Shown here piece after piece: positions 1 through 10,731 of a stretch of 64,000 bases of DNA. Under the pieces are notes generated by a model, which was not told where the DNA came from, did no database searches, and saw only the letters and a list, made by a program, of their open reading frames with translations. Source of the DNA: Chamaesiphon sp. (GTDB lineage: Bacteria; Cyanobacteriota; Cyanobacteriia; Cyanobacteriales; Chamaesiphonaceae); assembly GCA_965246715.1 (NCBI GenBank), contig CBDFFH010000002.1, positions 192,001-256,000 on the forward strand. Reading direction: 5' to 3'. Position numbers and translations under genes: made by a program. The stretch's first letter is position 1, and each line of letters starts with the position of its first letter.

Positions 1-1098
1 GACGATCAACCAGGCAAAGGCAAAAACCGAGAGTAAGTCAGCAAACCAGTTTTTGACAGCTTCGGCACTTTGACGATAGAAGCTTCGTTTAATTTCTTCG
101 GCTTTTTCGACGAGCTTTTCTTCGATTTGCTCGGCGTTGAGTTTGGGTGCCAGTCCAACCATCTGTTTGAATTTGAGATTCTTTTCAAACCGTTCCATCT
201 CTGCCATTGCCTCTGATTCGAGGTTGACATTGAGGAAGACATCAGCATGACGATAGCTGCGATACAGATCGATCGCTGGGCCGATCGCGACTATTTTGGA
301 GACATACTGAACTAACAGTGGCACCAAAATCAGTAGCAAGATATATCTTAGTGCCGTTCTGGTCTTACCCTGACTGTAGCGATAATTTTCGAGGACTTGA
401 GCTTCGGCTTTGGGATTGAGATCTTGCTGAATTCGCTGAAAAGTTTTGATCAGCGACGGATCGATGATGGCTTTTTTGCTGATATTGTCATTGGCTCGAT
501 CGGCTCGATCGGTCATTGGCTTAGCAGGGCGACGGTCTGATGTGGCAGCTGAATTATTATTGAGGAGATTGGTTGGCGCTCGCTGTCCGAGTGTGAGGGA
601 GCTACGATCGCTCGACGGTAAGCCATTGCTAGGTTGTTGTCCGAAGATATCTTCGATATATGCATCTGTTTCGGTACTGTCGGCATACCGAGTTAAGATT
701 TCATCGATAAAACTGAGTTTCTCTAAAATCCGCGCTTCCTGCTCGATATCCTGAGTATAGGGATTGAGGGAGTTAAAGCCAGGGTCGAACTGTTGACTGT
801 CTACCGATCGAGGATAATTACTACCAGTTACCGTTCGACTGGTTTGAAATTCAGCAAGTCGGATGCGAGCGATATTTAGGTACTTGTTGAGGTCGTTCTG
901 AAAATAAGTAGCAACTTGATTGCCACTATATTCACTGGCAATCTCGATTTTATCGCCACCAAAATGTTCGTCTTCGATCGCTTTAATTTTCAGAGCGGCT
1001 TTATATGCTTCATCCAATGCCCGATCGGCGGTACGATAAAACCATTGATTTGCTTTGCGCCAGTATTGACCGAATCTGTTGATGAGAAAGCTTTCCAT
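1..1098 (-). CDS. pxcA: Proton extrusion protein PxcA/CemA family (3' end beyond the window)
   Basis: Manual translation from ATG at 1098 gives RALDEAYKAALKIKAIEDEHF, YLNIARIRLAEF, ILEKLSFIDEIL and TALRYILLLILVPLL. The frame is open to the window edge, so it is absent from the ORF track. Confidence 0.85.
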   Translation of the reverse strand, partial: MESFLINRFGQYWRKANQWFYRTADRALDEAYKAALKIKAIEDEHFGGDKIEIASEYSGNQVATYFQNDLNKYLNIARIRLAEFQTSRTVTGSNYPRSVDSQQFDPGFNSLNPYTQDIEQEARILEKLSFIDEILTRYADSTETDAYIEDIFGQQPSNGLPSSDRSSLTLGQRAPTNLLNNNSAATSDRRPAKPMTDRADRANDNISKKAIIDPSLIKTFQRIQQDLNPKAEAQVLENYRYSQGKTRTALRYILLLILVPLLVQYVSKIVAIGPAIDLYRSYRHADVFLNVNLESEAMAEMERFEKNLKFKQMVGLAPKLNAEQIEEKLVEKAEEIKRSFYRQSAEAVKNWFADLLSVFAFAWLIV

Positions 1099-1200
1099 GT
1101 GCGCGAGTAGGCGAGGGGTAAGGGGATGAGGGGGAAGTAAGCCACCATACACTAGTCACTAGCTACTAGCTACTTACTCAATAACAACTAGCTTTAAACT

Positions 1201-3315
1201 ATGTTAAACAAAACAATTTGGATTGAGGGGGGGACGCGCAGTGGGAAAACGGGTGCGCTGGTCGATCGATTTTGTCAGTGGGTGGACGAACGAGTGGCTG
1301 ATGGCAAACAATCCCAACGGGATGCCAAAATATTAATCTTGGCTGGCAACGATGATAGCAAGCGAGTGTTGGGAGATACGATCTCGGAAAAGTTGGCAAA
1401 TTTAGCTCACTATCCAATTGTGGCGAAAACGACGATCGGATTTATTCAGGATGAAGTGTTGTTATTTTATCCTCTCCTGATTCAAAAATTAAATATACCT
1501 GCCCATTTTCCGCTGAGATTGCGGCCAGAGACCGAGCAGGAGTTGGCTACAAAGTTGTGGCAACCAGCGCTAGAACGGCTCGATTGGCGAGCAGTCGCTC
1601 CTTCAGAGTACCGATTCGTGCGGCGAACTTTGGACTTAATTCAATTAGCGGCTTATGCTGCTACTCCGTTGGAATCTATGCCTAGATTACTCGCAAGCGG
1701 GTTTGGCGTGGAGTTAGCTGCGACACCAATTTATAGTTGTTTGGAGTCATTAGCCACCGAGTGGCGGGATTGGTGTTTGGAGCGGGGATTGCTGACGTAT
1801 GGCATCATGACGGAATTGTACTGGCGGCATTTATTTCCGCAGCCTGAGTATCAGCAACATTTACGCGATCGCTATTGGGCGCTACTAGCCGATGATGTGG
1901 ATGATTATCCCGCGATCGGGCGACAGCTTTGTGAATGCTTGTTAGCTGCTGGGGTTTGGGGGGCATTTACTTATAATCCCGATGGCATGGTGCGGTTGGG
2001 GTTGAGTGCCGATCCGGATTACTTGTGGGGTTTAAAGTCTCAATGTGCGAGTAAGATCTATCTCGAATCGATCGCGACACCATTATTCAGCCAGCGTTCC
2101 ACCAATTCGCCGACAGTCGATCTCATCGTGCGAACAGCGCTCGATCCGGGAAATTTTCTCCTACTGCCGAGTGGGGTCAGTGCGATCGAAACGCGCACTC
2201 GGGGCGAAATGCTCAAAACTGCCGCCGAAACTGCGATCGAGCTAATCGCTCGCGGGAAAGTGCGAGCGGGAGAGATTGCCATAATCGCCCCTGGCTTGGA
2301 TGCAATTTCTCGATATACGATTGTCGATACCTTCGAGCGAGCGGGTATTCCGCTCGAATCGCTCAACGCCCAACGCCCACTCAATAGCGATGCTGGCGTT
2401 CGCGCTCTATTAACACTGATGGCATTAACCTATCCAAACTTGGGGCAACTAGTCAGCCGCGATGAAATTGCCGATCTGCTGGTTACGTTGAGTTTAGAGG
2501 AGATCCCCCCAACCCTAGATCGAGGAGGCTTTAAGATCGATCCAGTTCGGGCTGGTTTGTTAGCTGATTATTGTTATGCACCAGCTCAATCCCAGCCTCG
2601 CCTGTTACCCTATCCAAATTTTCCACGCTGGGATCGCCTCGGTGCGAGCGTTACTCAGGCTTACGATCGCATTCTGGCCTGGGTAGAACGCTTACAACAG
2701 CAACAGCCCACACCCCTAAATTTATTAACCGACACGATCGCCTATTTTTTCGATCGAGGTAGTTATCTCCCATTCGATCGACTTTCCGCCTTGCGCGAGC
2801 TGATGGAAACCGCCCAACATTATTGGCAAGTTGCCGAGCGGACGCATAGCCCCGCCGAGTATCTAGAGTCGGCGCATCAAATTACCGCTCGATTTATCCT
2901 GCTGCTCCGGCAAGGAACCGTTAGCGCCAATCCATATCCGAGCGGACAACTCAAGCCTCAAAACCAGGCAGTAACGCTCTCGAACATTTTCCAATATCGC
3001 GCCAGCAAGCGATCGCACCCGTATCATTTCTGGTTGGATGTCGGTTCGCCGCTGTGGGCAGAAGGTGGGGCGGCAACGCTATATGGTGCTAATCTCTTTC
3101 TCCAGGAGCGAATGCGATCGGGGCAGCATTGGACGGAAACCGACACTGAAACTAGCAACGAACATCGCCTAGAGCGAATCTTGCGCGATCTATTTTATCG
3201 GGTCACCGATCGACTCTATCTCTGTAATAGCGATCTCGCGATCGACGGACGCGAACAAACCGGACAACTTTTGACGCTGGTGCATAGTGTTGAGAAAACA
3301 GCGATCTTAGCGTAA
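1201..3315 (+). CDS. Conserved cyanobacterial protein with a degenerate UvrD/SF1 helicase-like fold
   Basis: 704 aa ORF with an N-terminal P-loop-like GGTRSGKT and an LADDVDDY Walker-B-like motif. Confidence 0.6.
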   Translation: MLNKTIWIEGGTRSGKTGALVDRFCQWVDERVADGKQSQRDAKILILAGNDDSKRVLGDTISEKLANLAHYPIVAKTTIGFIQDEVLLFYPLLIQKLNIPAHFPLRLRPETEQELATKLWQPALERLDWRAVAPSEYRFVRRTLDLIQLAAYAATPLESMPRLLASGFGVELAATPIYSCLESLATEWRDWCLERGLLTYGIMTELYWRHLFPQPEYQQHLRDRYWALLADDVDDYPAIGRQLCECLLAAGVWGAFTYNPDGMVRLGLSADPDYLWGLKSQCASKIYLESIATPLFSQRSTNSPTVDLIVRTALDPGNFLLLPSGVSAIETRTRGEMLKTAAETAIELIARGKVRAGEIAIIAPGLDAISRYTIVDTFERAGIPLESLNAQRPLNSDAGVRALLTLMALTYPNLGQLVSRDEIADLLVTLSLEEIPPTLDRGGFKIDPVRAGLLADYCYAPAQSQPRLLPYPNFPRWDRLGASVTQAYDRILAWVERLQQQQPTPLNLLTDTIAYFFDRGSYLPFDRLSALRELMETAQHYWQVAERTHSPAEYLESAHQITARFILLLRQGTVSANPYPSGQLKPQNQAVTLSNIFQYRASKRSHPYHFWLDVGSPLWAEGGAATLYGANLFLQERMRSGQHWTETDTETSNEHRLERILRDLFYRVTDRLYLCNSDLAIDGREQTGQLLTLVHSVEKTAILA

Positions 3316-3611
3316 CGTGTGTTCGGGTTAAGAGAAGAGATCTTTACTGCAAAAATTACTGGTGTTGTAGAACCCGGATCTGGGGGAGGCTTCCCCCAGA
3401 CCCCCCGTTGAGGGGCGGCACTCCGCTCCTCAAACTCCCCTGCACAAGGGTTGGTTTGTTGGCAGCGGAGCGCGCTCCGCATTAGCTTCGCAATGGGAAT
3501 CGATCTGTGGGTGGGGTTCGTGAATTGGGGGCGGTTCCGAAACGAAGCTAGGAGTCGTCGATTACCGTTGGTACGCTACGCGAACGGAAATCCTTATCCC
3601 GAACTGACGTT
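3314..3611. mobile_element. MITE-like element (AACGTCAGTTCGGGATAAGGA-type ends)
   Basis: Imperfect terminal inverted repeats match the elements at 10313 and 56673. The interior is hairpin-rich and no clear TSD is seen. Confidence 0.6.
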
Positions 3612-3861
3612 AGATTAGCGTAGATTCAGATCGATGTTTTGCACTAAAAATAGACCAAACTACTAATCGGCATTGCTGGATTAGAGTATGAAGAAGTTAT
3701 ACCAATTTAAAAAACGAGCCTGACAGATGGATCGATCGACTCCAGAGACAGCCTGACTTCCCCAATCCCCAATCCAAAATCCAAAATGGTATCGGTTAAG
3801 GAGAAGACCTAACGTCGATCGCATAGCTGCAAATCAGCCCTTAACGCTCATCGATCGAGTA

Positions 3862-5175
3862 TTATTTCGCCACTTGGGGAATTTTGCCTGCTAATCCAGT
3901 CATCAGCCGGAGTGCTAGATACTTGCAGCCAGGAATCCGATCGAGTAAAAATAAACCCACCCGCCGGATCATCACGATCGGGAGTAAGCGGGTAGAGAAC
4001 ATGCGATCGAGAAAATCTGTAAAAGCTAAAATCGCCCAATTCTCCGGCTTGCGCCAGCGAGTATATCTTTTCAGGACTGCATCGCTACCGATATCTTCCC
4101 CAGCACGCTCTGCGGCAAGTAGAATCTCGGCTAGCGCCGCTGCATCCCGAATGCCTAAATTCATCCCCTGCCCAGCTACTGGATGACAACAATGCGCCGC
4201 ATCGCCGATTAATGCCAGTCTGTGGGCGGTATATTGTTGACTCTGCATCAACTTCACTGGAAATAACCACCGCTGACTGTCTAGTGCCAATTTACCCAAC
4301 AACCCACCCGTGCAGCGTTCCAATTCTTGCAGAAACTCAGATTCCGGTAAATCGCGCAACTCCTCAGCCTGTTGGTGTGGAGCTGTCCAGACGACCTGAC
4401 AACGCCCATCGGCTAATGGTAACACTCCTATCGGCCCAGCATACCAAAACCGCTCGTAAGCAACGCTTTGATGCGGCTTTTCAGGGACGATCGTTGCTGT
4501 CACGCAAGATTGCCAATAATTCCAACCCGCCGTTTGAATTCCTGCCTCAGTGCGTAATGTCGATTTGGCACCATCGGCGGCAATTACTAACCTAGTCCGA
4601 ATCGTCTGGGGTAGGTCATTCTCTGGGGTTTGAATAGTGATTTCTGCACCTGTAGCGGTATAGTCTACGCCAACTACCTGTGCGGGACACATGACGGTAA
4701 TATTCGTGGCTGCTTGCAACTTCTCTTGCAATGCCGTCAATAACACTTCATGACTAGCTGCGTAGCCCAATGTCTCGGTGCCTAAATCCTGGGGATACAG
4801 CTTCACCACTCCCGCATAGTCAGCATCAGAGATTTGAATTTGGCTAAATTGGGTAACTTGTGGTAAAACTTGTTGCCAGATGCCCAAGCCCTCAAAAATC
4901 TGCCCTGAAAGCATCGACATCACATAGGCTCGCCCCTTAGCCACCGAAATCGACGCTGCTTGAGACTCGATCGAGACTACACTCAATCCCGAGTTTTGCA
5001 GCGCAACTGCCAAAGTATTCCCAATAATGCCACCACCGACGATCGCAATATCGTAATCTAACTCGATTGCTGTTGTGGCGGCGCGATCGACACTAGGATT
5101 CAGATTATATTGGTGACGTTGGCGATCGTTTCCCTTGAATGACAACTTCTCTGTCAGAGCATCGAGGCGGAGCAT
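3862..5175 (-). CDS. FAD-dependent hydroxylase, UbiH/COQ6 family
   Basis: GGGIIG FAD motif, IAADGAKS, and IGDAAHCCHPVAGQGMNLGIRD. Confidence 0.9.
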   Translation of the reverse strand: MLRLDALTEKLSFKGNDRQRHQYNLNPSVDRAATTAIELDYDIAIVGGGIIGNTLAVALQNSGLSVVSIESQAASISVAKGRAYVMSMLSGQIFEGLGIWQQVLPQVTQFSQIQISDADYAGVVKLYPQDLGTETLGYAASHEVLLTALQEKLQAATNITVMCPAQVVGVDYTATGAEITIQTPENDLPQTIRTRLVIAADGAKSTLRTEAGIQTAGWNYWQSCVTATIVPEKPHQSVAYERFWYAGPIGVLPLADGRCQVVWTAPHQQAEELRDLPESEFLQELERCTGGLLGKLALDSQRWLFPVKLMQSQQYTAHRLALIGDAAHCCHPVAGQGMNLGIRDAAALAEILLAAERAGEDIGSDAVLKRYTRWRKPENWAILAFTDFLDRMFSTRLLPIVMIRRVGLFLLDRIPGCKYLALRLMTGLAGKIPQVAK

Positions 5176-5410
5176 AGTTACTAATTACAATAATTGGTTT
5201 AACTTCAGAATTAATTAATATTATCTCGGACTAAAATTGCCGAAAATTTGGTAAGTAAGCTACCCTGCTTCTAACCCGCGTAGGCGGGTTTTGACTGTCT
5301 AGGCGCGAATTTATTCGCCAGCCTCACTCGAACTGAATGTAGTTACAAATTGTTTTTATATGGAAGAATGTAATTGTTACTCGATCGTAACATCTTTCTT
5401 TTGAAAATGC

Positions 5411-5543
5411 GGCGTTGCTGAATATGGGTATGATTTTTTGTAGGGGTGCTCCTTGTGGGTACCCTGAATCGATGCGGGGTAAGCACGAGGCATTACCCCT
5501 ACAAAAATTGTTTGTGCGTTTCATACATTAATTCAGCAACGCC
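5411..5543. mobile_element. MITE with IS1-type ends
   Basis: Ends GGCGTTGCTGAAT...ATTCAGCAACGCC resemble those of the IS1 at 16860. 8-bp TSD GAAAATGC at 5403-5410 and 5544-5551. Internal inverted GTAGGGG..CCCCTAC REP-like pair. Confidence 0.85.
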
Positions 5544-5669
5544 GAAAATGCTTTTACCCCAAATTCTGTAGCTTGAAACTGCCAGGCCAGATATCTAGAT
5601 GAGCGCCACAGCCACAGCCGAATAGGGTAATATTTGCTTGGTGTTATCGATCGAGTGGACTTAGCAGCA

Positions 5670-7220
5670 ATGAATCAGCAAAAAGCTTTATCAACATGGG
5701 CGTGGTTGTGGATCGGGAGTGGTTTGACATTGAGTGCGATCTCGATCCAGTCTGAGTCAGCACTGGCGCTCTCGGCTGTCGAAGTCGGGAAGATTGCCAA
5801 GTCAGTCACGGTATCGATCGATAGTGAAAATTCTGTCGGTTCGGGTATCGTCATCAAAAAAGAAGGTAGTACCTATACCGTGCTTACTGCCGCACATGTA
5901 ATTCGCAACCGCCAGCAGACTTATAAAATTACGACTCCTGACGGCAATAGTTATCCGCTAGTAGCCGCAAATATTAAATCTGCGACATCCGATGTCGATT
6001 TAGCAGTTGTTAAGTTTCAAAGTAGCGCCAATTATCCGATCGCCAAATTGGGGAATGTCGAAACAGTTAGTGAAGGCTCTCCCGTCTATGTCGCGGGTTT
6101 TCCGCTGGCAACTGCGGCGATTACTCAGTCAGTTTACAATTTTACCGAAGGCAAGGTAACTGCCAATGCTAACCGTCCCCTAGCTGGCGGCTATTCGTTG
6201 GTTTATAGCAATAATACACTCCCAGGGATGAGCGGTGGCCCTGTATTTAATGAAGCTGGCGAAACAATTGCGGTACATGGCAGAGCTGATATCAAGGAAA
6301 CGACTCAAGCCTCGGAGATTAATTCCAGCGTTCAGACGATCAAGACTGGATTTAATTTAGGCATTCCTACGAATACTTTCATGCGGTTGGCAAGTAAGTT
6401 GGGTGTTAATTTTGGCACGAACCCACCGGTAGTTGTAGCTGCGGCTACAACCAAAGCACCACAAGCAGCGGACTATTTCTTGATTGGAGTAGATCGCTTC
6501 AATCGCGGTAATCTCGGCGGTGCGATCGAGTCGATGAACGCTGCTATTAAACTCAATCCTCGTTATACCAGAGCTTATATTGCCAGAGCTGCGGCTAATT
6601 ACATGAATAAACGTATCGGTGCGGCAATCGGCGATAGCGATCTCGCGATCTCGAGCGATCCAAATTCAGCGATCGCGTATACTGGCAAATGCTTCTTTAC
6701 CAGTGAATTTGGTAATAATGGTGCGGCGCTCGGAGCTTGCGATCGCGCCGTCGAATTAAACCCAAAACTGGCGATGGCATACAATGTGCGGGGACTAGTA
6801 CGCACAAAACTCGGAAATTACGCACCTGCGATCGCCGATCTTCAACAAGCGATCGAACTCGATCCCAAACTATATTATTCATACACGAATCTGGCAATAG
6901 CCCAATTCTCTCAACGCAATACTCTTGGAGCGCTAAATTCGGCACGTACCGCCACCCAACTTAACCCCCAATCATCGAACGCACACGGACTACTCGGTCA
7001 ATTATTGGTGGTAAATAAAGATTATCAGCAAGCATTGTTCGAACTCAATCGCGCACTCGGCTTAAATCCGCGTAATAGTAGTGCTTACGAAGCGCGAGCT
7101 GCGGCTAATCTAGCATTGGGAAATAGCGCCCAAGCAAGAAGTGATGCTCAGCTAGCCAAACAATTTGCCCTCAGCAGCCCCACTGGGTTTATTGAGGATA
7201 TCAGTTTCTTAAATCAATAG
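5670..7220 (+). CDS. Trypsin-like serine protease with C-terminal TPR repeats
   Basis: LTAAH, DLAVV and PGMSGGP catalytic-triad motifs; signal/TM segment; TPR repeats. Confidence 0.9.
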   Translation: MNQQKALSTWAWLWIGSGLTLSAISIQSESALALSAVEVGKIAKSVTVSIDSENSVGSGIVIKKEGSTYTVLTAAHVIRNRQQTYKITTPDGNSYPLVAANIKSATSDVDLAVVKFQSSANYPIAKLGNVETVSEGSPVYVAGFPLATAAITQSVYNFTEGKVTANANRPLAGGYSLVYSNNTLPGMSGGPVFNEAGETIAVHGRADIKETTQASEINSSVQTIKTGFNLGIPTNTFMRLASKLGVNFGTNPPVVVAAATTKAPQAADYFLIGVDRFNRGNLGGAIESMNAAIKLNPRYTRAYIARAAANYMNKRIGAAIGDSDLAISSDPNSAIAYTGKCFFTSEFGNNGAALGACDRAVELNPKLAMAYNVRGLVRTKLGNYAPAIADLQQAIELDPKLYYSYTNLAIAQFSQRNTLGALNSARTATQLNPQSSNAHGLLGQLLVVNKDYQQALFELNRALGLNPRNSSAYEARAAANLALGNSAQARSDAQLAKQFALSSPTGFIEDISFLNQ

Positions 7221-7274
7221 TTTAGGAGCAAGAGATCGAGCCTCAAGGATATTTCACGATCCAATTTTAGGGTC

Positions 7275-7527
7275 TATAGAATCCCGTTGAGATCTTTTTA
7301 GCGATCGTCTAATAGATATTGGTGGGACGGGCGGGTTCGTTTGGAGTTGGTAGTGATTGGCGGGAATTTTTAGCATAAACCCGCCCCTCCAGATCCATAC
7401 ATATACAACATCACACATTTGATAGAGCGACCGTAGGGGCGGGTTTATGCTAGCTGATATCGAGCTTAACAATCGATATCGAACAAACCCGCCCTCCTCC
7501 TCTAGAAGATCTCAAACGGGTTCCATA
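7275..7527. mobile_element. MITE-like element containing REP-like GGGCGGGTTT/AAACCCGCCC hairpins
   Basis: Imperfect terminal IR TATAGAATCCCGTTGAGATCT / AGATCTCAAACGGGTTCCATA, located between convergent genes. Confidence 0.55.
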
Positions 7528-7546
7528 AAGATATTCCCGATCGCAC

Positions 7547-8746
7547 TTAACTCAATAATTTACTTATTCTCAAACCAGTCCGCTTATTTTCGGCTGGAGT
7601 GCCGAGCGTAATTCGCAAGCCGCCACCAGTATGTCGGATCGAAGTCCCCATATTTTTCAATTGTGTAACTAATTCTGCCATCGCCAGATCTGGATTATCT
7701 ACCCCTGTTATTCGAGCATAGATAAAGTTAGCATCGCTGCGCCAAACTTGGAGCTGAGGCAGAGCGGTTAATATCTGAAATAATCGATCGCGTTCCTCGA
7801 TCGTTTCTGGAATTGTTGCTAATAGAAGTTGACGATGTTGTAATGATAATTGCGCCGCCGCGAGGGAAATACTCGGTAAATTATAAGGCAATCTTACCTG
7901 TTCCAACGTAGCAATCAGTTGGGGGTGAGCCACTGCATAGCCGACGCGATGTGCTGCCAACCGAAAGGCTTTAGAAAATGTCCGCAAGACGATCCAATTT
8001 GGATGTGCGGCTAATTCAGTTACTACCGTCTGCTGGCTGAATTCAAAATAAGCCTCATCGATAACTACCAGAATATCTGGCGGTAAACTCCGCAGCCACT
8101 CTAACTCTGCATCAGTCAGCGCATTTCCCGTCGGCGAATTTGGATGTACCACGAACACCACCCGAATCGGCAGATCTTCAATCGCTTTCTGTGCCGCAAC
8201 TAAATTCATCTCAAAATTTACAGGCGATCGATCGACTGTTACCACAGGTATCCCTAGCGTTTGCGCCAAGATGCCATACATGCTAAATGTCGGCGCAGCT
8301 ACCAAAATACTCCCCGCTCCACCCACACAAGTCGCAATCAGGATCGATCGCAATAATTCATCCGAACCATTCCCCACGCTAATCTGGCTGAGAAGGACTG
8401 CGGGACGACCCACCGCTGATTCACTCACATAACTAGCGATCGCGGCTTTGAGCTGATCGTGTCCCCCATCTGGATAACGATTGCTCTCGACAGACTCCAC
8501 CCACAGCTGCGCCAATTCCTGCTTGAGCGCCAATGGCAAATCGTAGGGACTCTCATTCGTTTCCAATCGATCGATCTGCGCTTCAGCTGTCTCCACTGTA
8601 CCGCCAGGATGCGGCGTGTATGCTTGCAAACTAGTGAGATCGCGGCGGAGGAAGGGTAATGCGGCTGCGGCGGTAGGAAGGCTGGCTCGATCGCTAGTAG
8701 TCATGGTGCGTAGTGAAGTCTGAATTTCCATCATAGATCGATCCAT
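7547..8746 (-). CDS. hisC: Histidinol-phosphate aminotransferase (true start may be 8704)
   Basis: NESPYD, RYPD, GNGSDE, HPNSPTG, DEAYFEF and RTFSKAF...RVGY motifs. Confidence 0.93.
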   Translation of the reverse strand: MDRSMMEIQTSLRTMTTSDRASLPTAAAALPFLRRDLTSLQAYTPHPGGTVETAEAQIDRLETNESPYDLPLALKQELAQLWVESVESNRYPDGGHDQLKAAIASYVSESAVGRPAVLLSQISVGNGSDELLRSILIATCVGGAGSILVAAPTFSMYGILAQTLGIPVVTVDRSPVNFEMNLVAAQKAIEDLPIRVVFVVHPNSPTGNALTDAELEWLRSLPPDILVVIDEAYFEFSQQTVVTELAAHPNWIVLRTFSKAFRLAAHRVGYAVAHPQLIATLEQVRLPYNLPSISLAAAQLSLQHRQLLLATIPETIEERDRLFQILTALPQLQVWRSDANFIYARITGVDNPDLAMAELVTQLKNMGTSIRHTGGGLRITLGTPAENKRTGLRISKLLS

Positions 8747-8806
8747 CGAGAGAATCCCGCAGGCAGCCTAAATATTCGGCGCTCAAAAAAATATTTCATT
8801 TTGCTA

Positions 8807-8835
8807 TTGACAGGAATAAAAATATGCCTTACATT
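8807..8835 (+). promoter_or_regulatory. Sigma70-type promoter of the tRNA
   Basis: TTGACA (8807-8812), 17-bp spacer, TACATT (8830-8835), directly upstream of the tRNA. Confidence 0.75.
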
Positions 8836-8853
8836 GATAAATGTCTGAAACGC

Positions 8854-8926
8854 GCCCCCATCGTCTAGAGGCCTAGGACACCTCCCTTTCACGGAGGCGA
8901 CAGGGATTCGATTTCCCTTGGGGGTA
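8854..8926 (+). tRNA. trnE: tRNA-Glu (anticodon TTC)
   Basis: 73-nt cloverleaf GCCCCCATCGTCTAGAGGCCTAGGACACCTCCCTTTCACGGAGGCGACAGGGATTCGATTTCCCTTGGGGGTA; CCA is not encoded. Confidence 0.97.
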
Positions 8927-8944
8927 CTTCAGAAAAATATCTTA

Positions 8945-8983
8945 CAAAAAGAGGTGAGGCAATTATTGTCTGACCTCTTTTTG
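8945..8983 (+). terminator. Intrinsic terminator after the tRNA
   Basis: CAAAAAGAGGT...ACCTCTTTTTG hairpin with a T-tract. Confidence 0.75.
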
Positions 8984-9063
8984 CATCGGTAGGACGATCT
9001 TAGTAATAGTACTAAGATTGCTATTGCTTGCACTCATGCCCAGATAGACTTACACCCAATTCT

Positions 9064-9933
9064 ATGGATGGTGATTTTCTACATATTCCAGTTCTCAGCC
9101 AGGAAATAATTTCGGGTTTGAGTGTAGTTCCTAGCGGCTGGTATTTAGATGCAACTACTGGTGGTGGCGGACATAGCGAACTAATTTTGCAGGCTGCGCC
9201 CGATGTTAATTTAGTTGCACTCGATCGAGATACACAGGCTCTCGATGCAGCGAAGACAAGACTTCAGCCATATGGAGATCGCGTAAAATTTTGGCATGGT
9301 AATTACGCCGACTATCAGCCGTTAGCACAGCGATTTGATGGGATTATTGCCGATTTGGGAGTGAGTTCGGTGCAGTTAGATTTAGCCGAACGCGGATTTA
9401 GTTTTCGGAATGAGGCACCGCTGGATATGCGGATGGATCGATCGCAACCAACGACTGCGGCGGATCTAGTGAATCAGACATCAGAAGTCGAGTTAGCAAG
9501 AATTATCTTTACTTATGGGGAAGAGAGAATGTCGCGGCAAATTGCCCGCGATATCGTCGCCCAACGTCCATTTACGACAACCACACAACTGGCTTATACG
9601 ATCGGTGGTGCGGTACCTAAATCTTATCGTTACGGCAGAATTCATCCGGCTACGCGAACATTTCAAGCACTGAGAATTGCCGTAAATCAAGAGCTAAGTT
9701 CGCTAGAAAAATTTTTGGCAGTGGCACCTACTTGGCTCAAACATGAAGGTAAGATCGGGTTGATTAGCTTTCATAGTTTAGAAGATCGGATCGTCAAACA
9801 TACCCTCCGTGAAAATGAGGATTTAAAAGTTTTAACTAAAAAACCAATTATTGCCACCGATGCAGAAATAGCATCCAATCCGCGCGCTCGCTCGGCGAAA
9901 CTCAGATGGGCGATAAAACTGGTTAATAATTAA
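9064..9933 (+). CDS. rsmH: 16S rRNA m4C1402 methyltransferase
   Basis: [55 protein letters not shown] and [10 protein letters not shown]. Confidence 0.96.
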   Translation: MDGDFLHIPVLSQEIISGLSVVPSGWYLDATTGGGGHSELILQAAPDVNLVALDRDTQALDAAKTRLQPYGDRVKFWHGNYADYQPLAQRFDGIIADLGVSSVQLDLAERGFSFRNEAPLDMRMDRSQPTTAADLVNQTSEVELARIIFTYGEERMSRQIARDIVAQRPFTTTTQLAYTIGGAVPKSYRYGRIHPATRTFQALRIAVNQELSSLEKFLAVAPTWLKHEGKIGLISFHSLEDRIVKHTLRENEDLKVLTKKPIIATDAEIASNPRARSAKLRWAIKLVNN

Positions 9934-10640
9934 TGTAAATCAATTCCAAATCATAAACAGTAACAGCTAGATCCAGACAACACAATCGATCGATAATCAT
10001 CGGCTCTACCAGCTCCCATTTACCGCCAGCCAAACCACAACCGATGCGGGGCATATGAATTGAAGCTGATAATTCGATCGCTTTATCTGCAACTGTAATT
10101 AAACCTGATTCGATCGCTTCATAACGGACGGGAATATGCGGATCGCCTTTAACAGCTATTTTATGCTGTCCGATAACATTGGCGACCCAAGTATCTGGAG
10201 TGATTTGCACGAATTGAGCCGCACTCAATCCATAGTTATTCGTCTCGCGCTCAGCATACCACTGATGAAAAGCTTGTTCTGGTAGCTTGGATCTTTTGGA
10301 TAATGCGAAGACAACGTCAGTTCGGGATAAGGAAAATTGATTTGCTCCGCTTAAGCACCGCCCTGAACTGGAAGTTCGGGCTAATAACTCAAGTTCTCTT
10401 CAGAGAACTGCCGAATTGATTAGTTCGTTAAAACGAACTTTTGCTATGAGCAACTAATTCATTTGAGGGCGGTCTGGAAACGAAGCTATGAGTCATCGAT
10501 CGGCAATCCTTATCCCGAACTGACGTTAAGACAAAGCCTTTCCCCCATCTACCGATATCGTTGCAAATATGGACGATGATTTTAGTTCCGACTCCTGTTG
10601 GATTGATGGCATCGCCTTTTAAATATGTAATCGATTTCAT
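9923..10640 (-). pseudogene. Macro-domain (ADP-ribose-1''-phosphate processing) protein split by a MITE
   Basis: Halves KGDA..IVHICNDIGRWGKGFV and IHMPRIGCGLAGGKW rejoin in frame when 10313-10527 plus one TSD copy is removed. Confidence 0.85.
10313..10527. mobile_element. MITE, 215 bp
   Basis: Perfect 21-bp IR AACGTCAGTTCGGGATAAGGA / TCCTTATCCCGAACTGACGTT with 5-bp TSD AAGAC. Confidence 0.9.
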
Positions 10641-10731
10641 CTTATAAATAAATGCTGGCGGTTTTAACCGCAGCTAGGTAAACAAAATCCGCATACTCGG
10701 ATTAACTTAGCCGATCGGATTAAAACGATCT

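Noticed and set aside
446..1110. Plus-strand ORFs 446-754 and 916-1110 and minus-strand ORF 6-248
   Set aside because: They overlap the edge-truncated pxcA reading frame.
8854..8926. tRNA-Glu as an island integration site
   Set aside because: It is flanked by hisC and rsmH, and no duplicated tRNA 3' end or integrase was seen.
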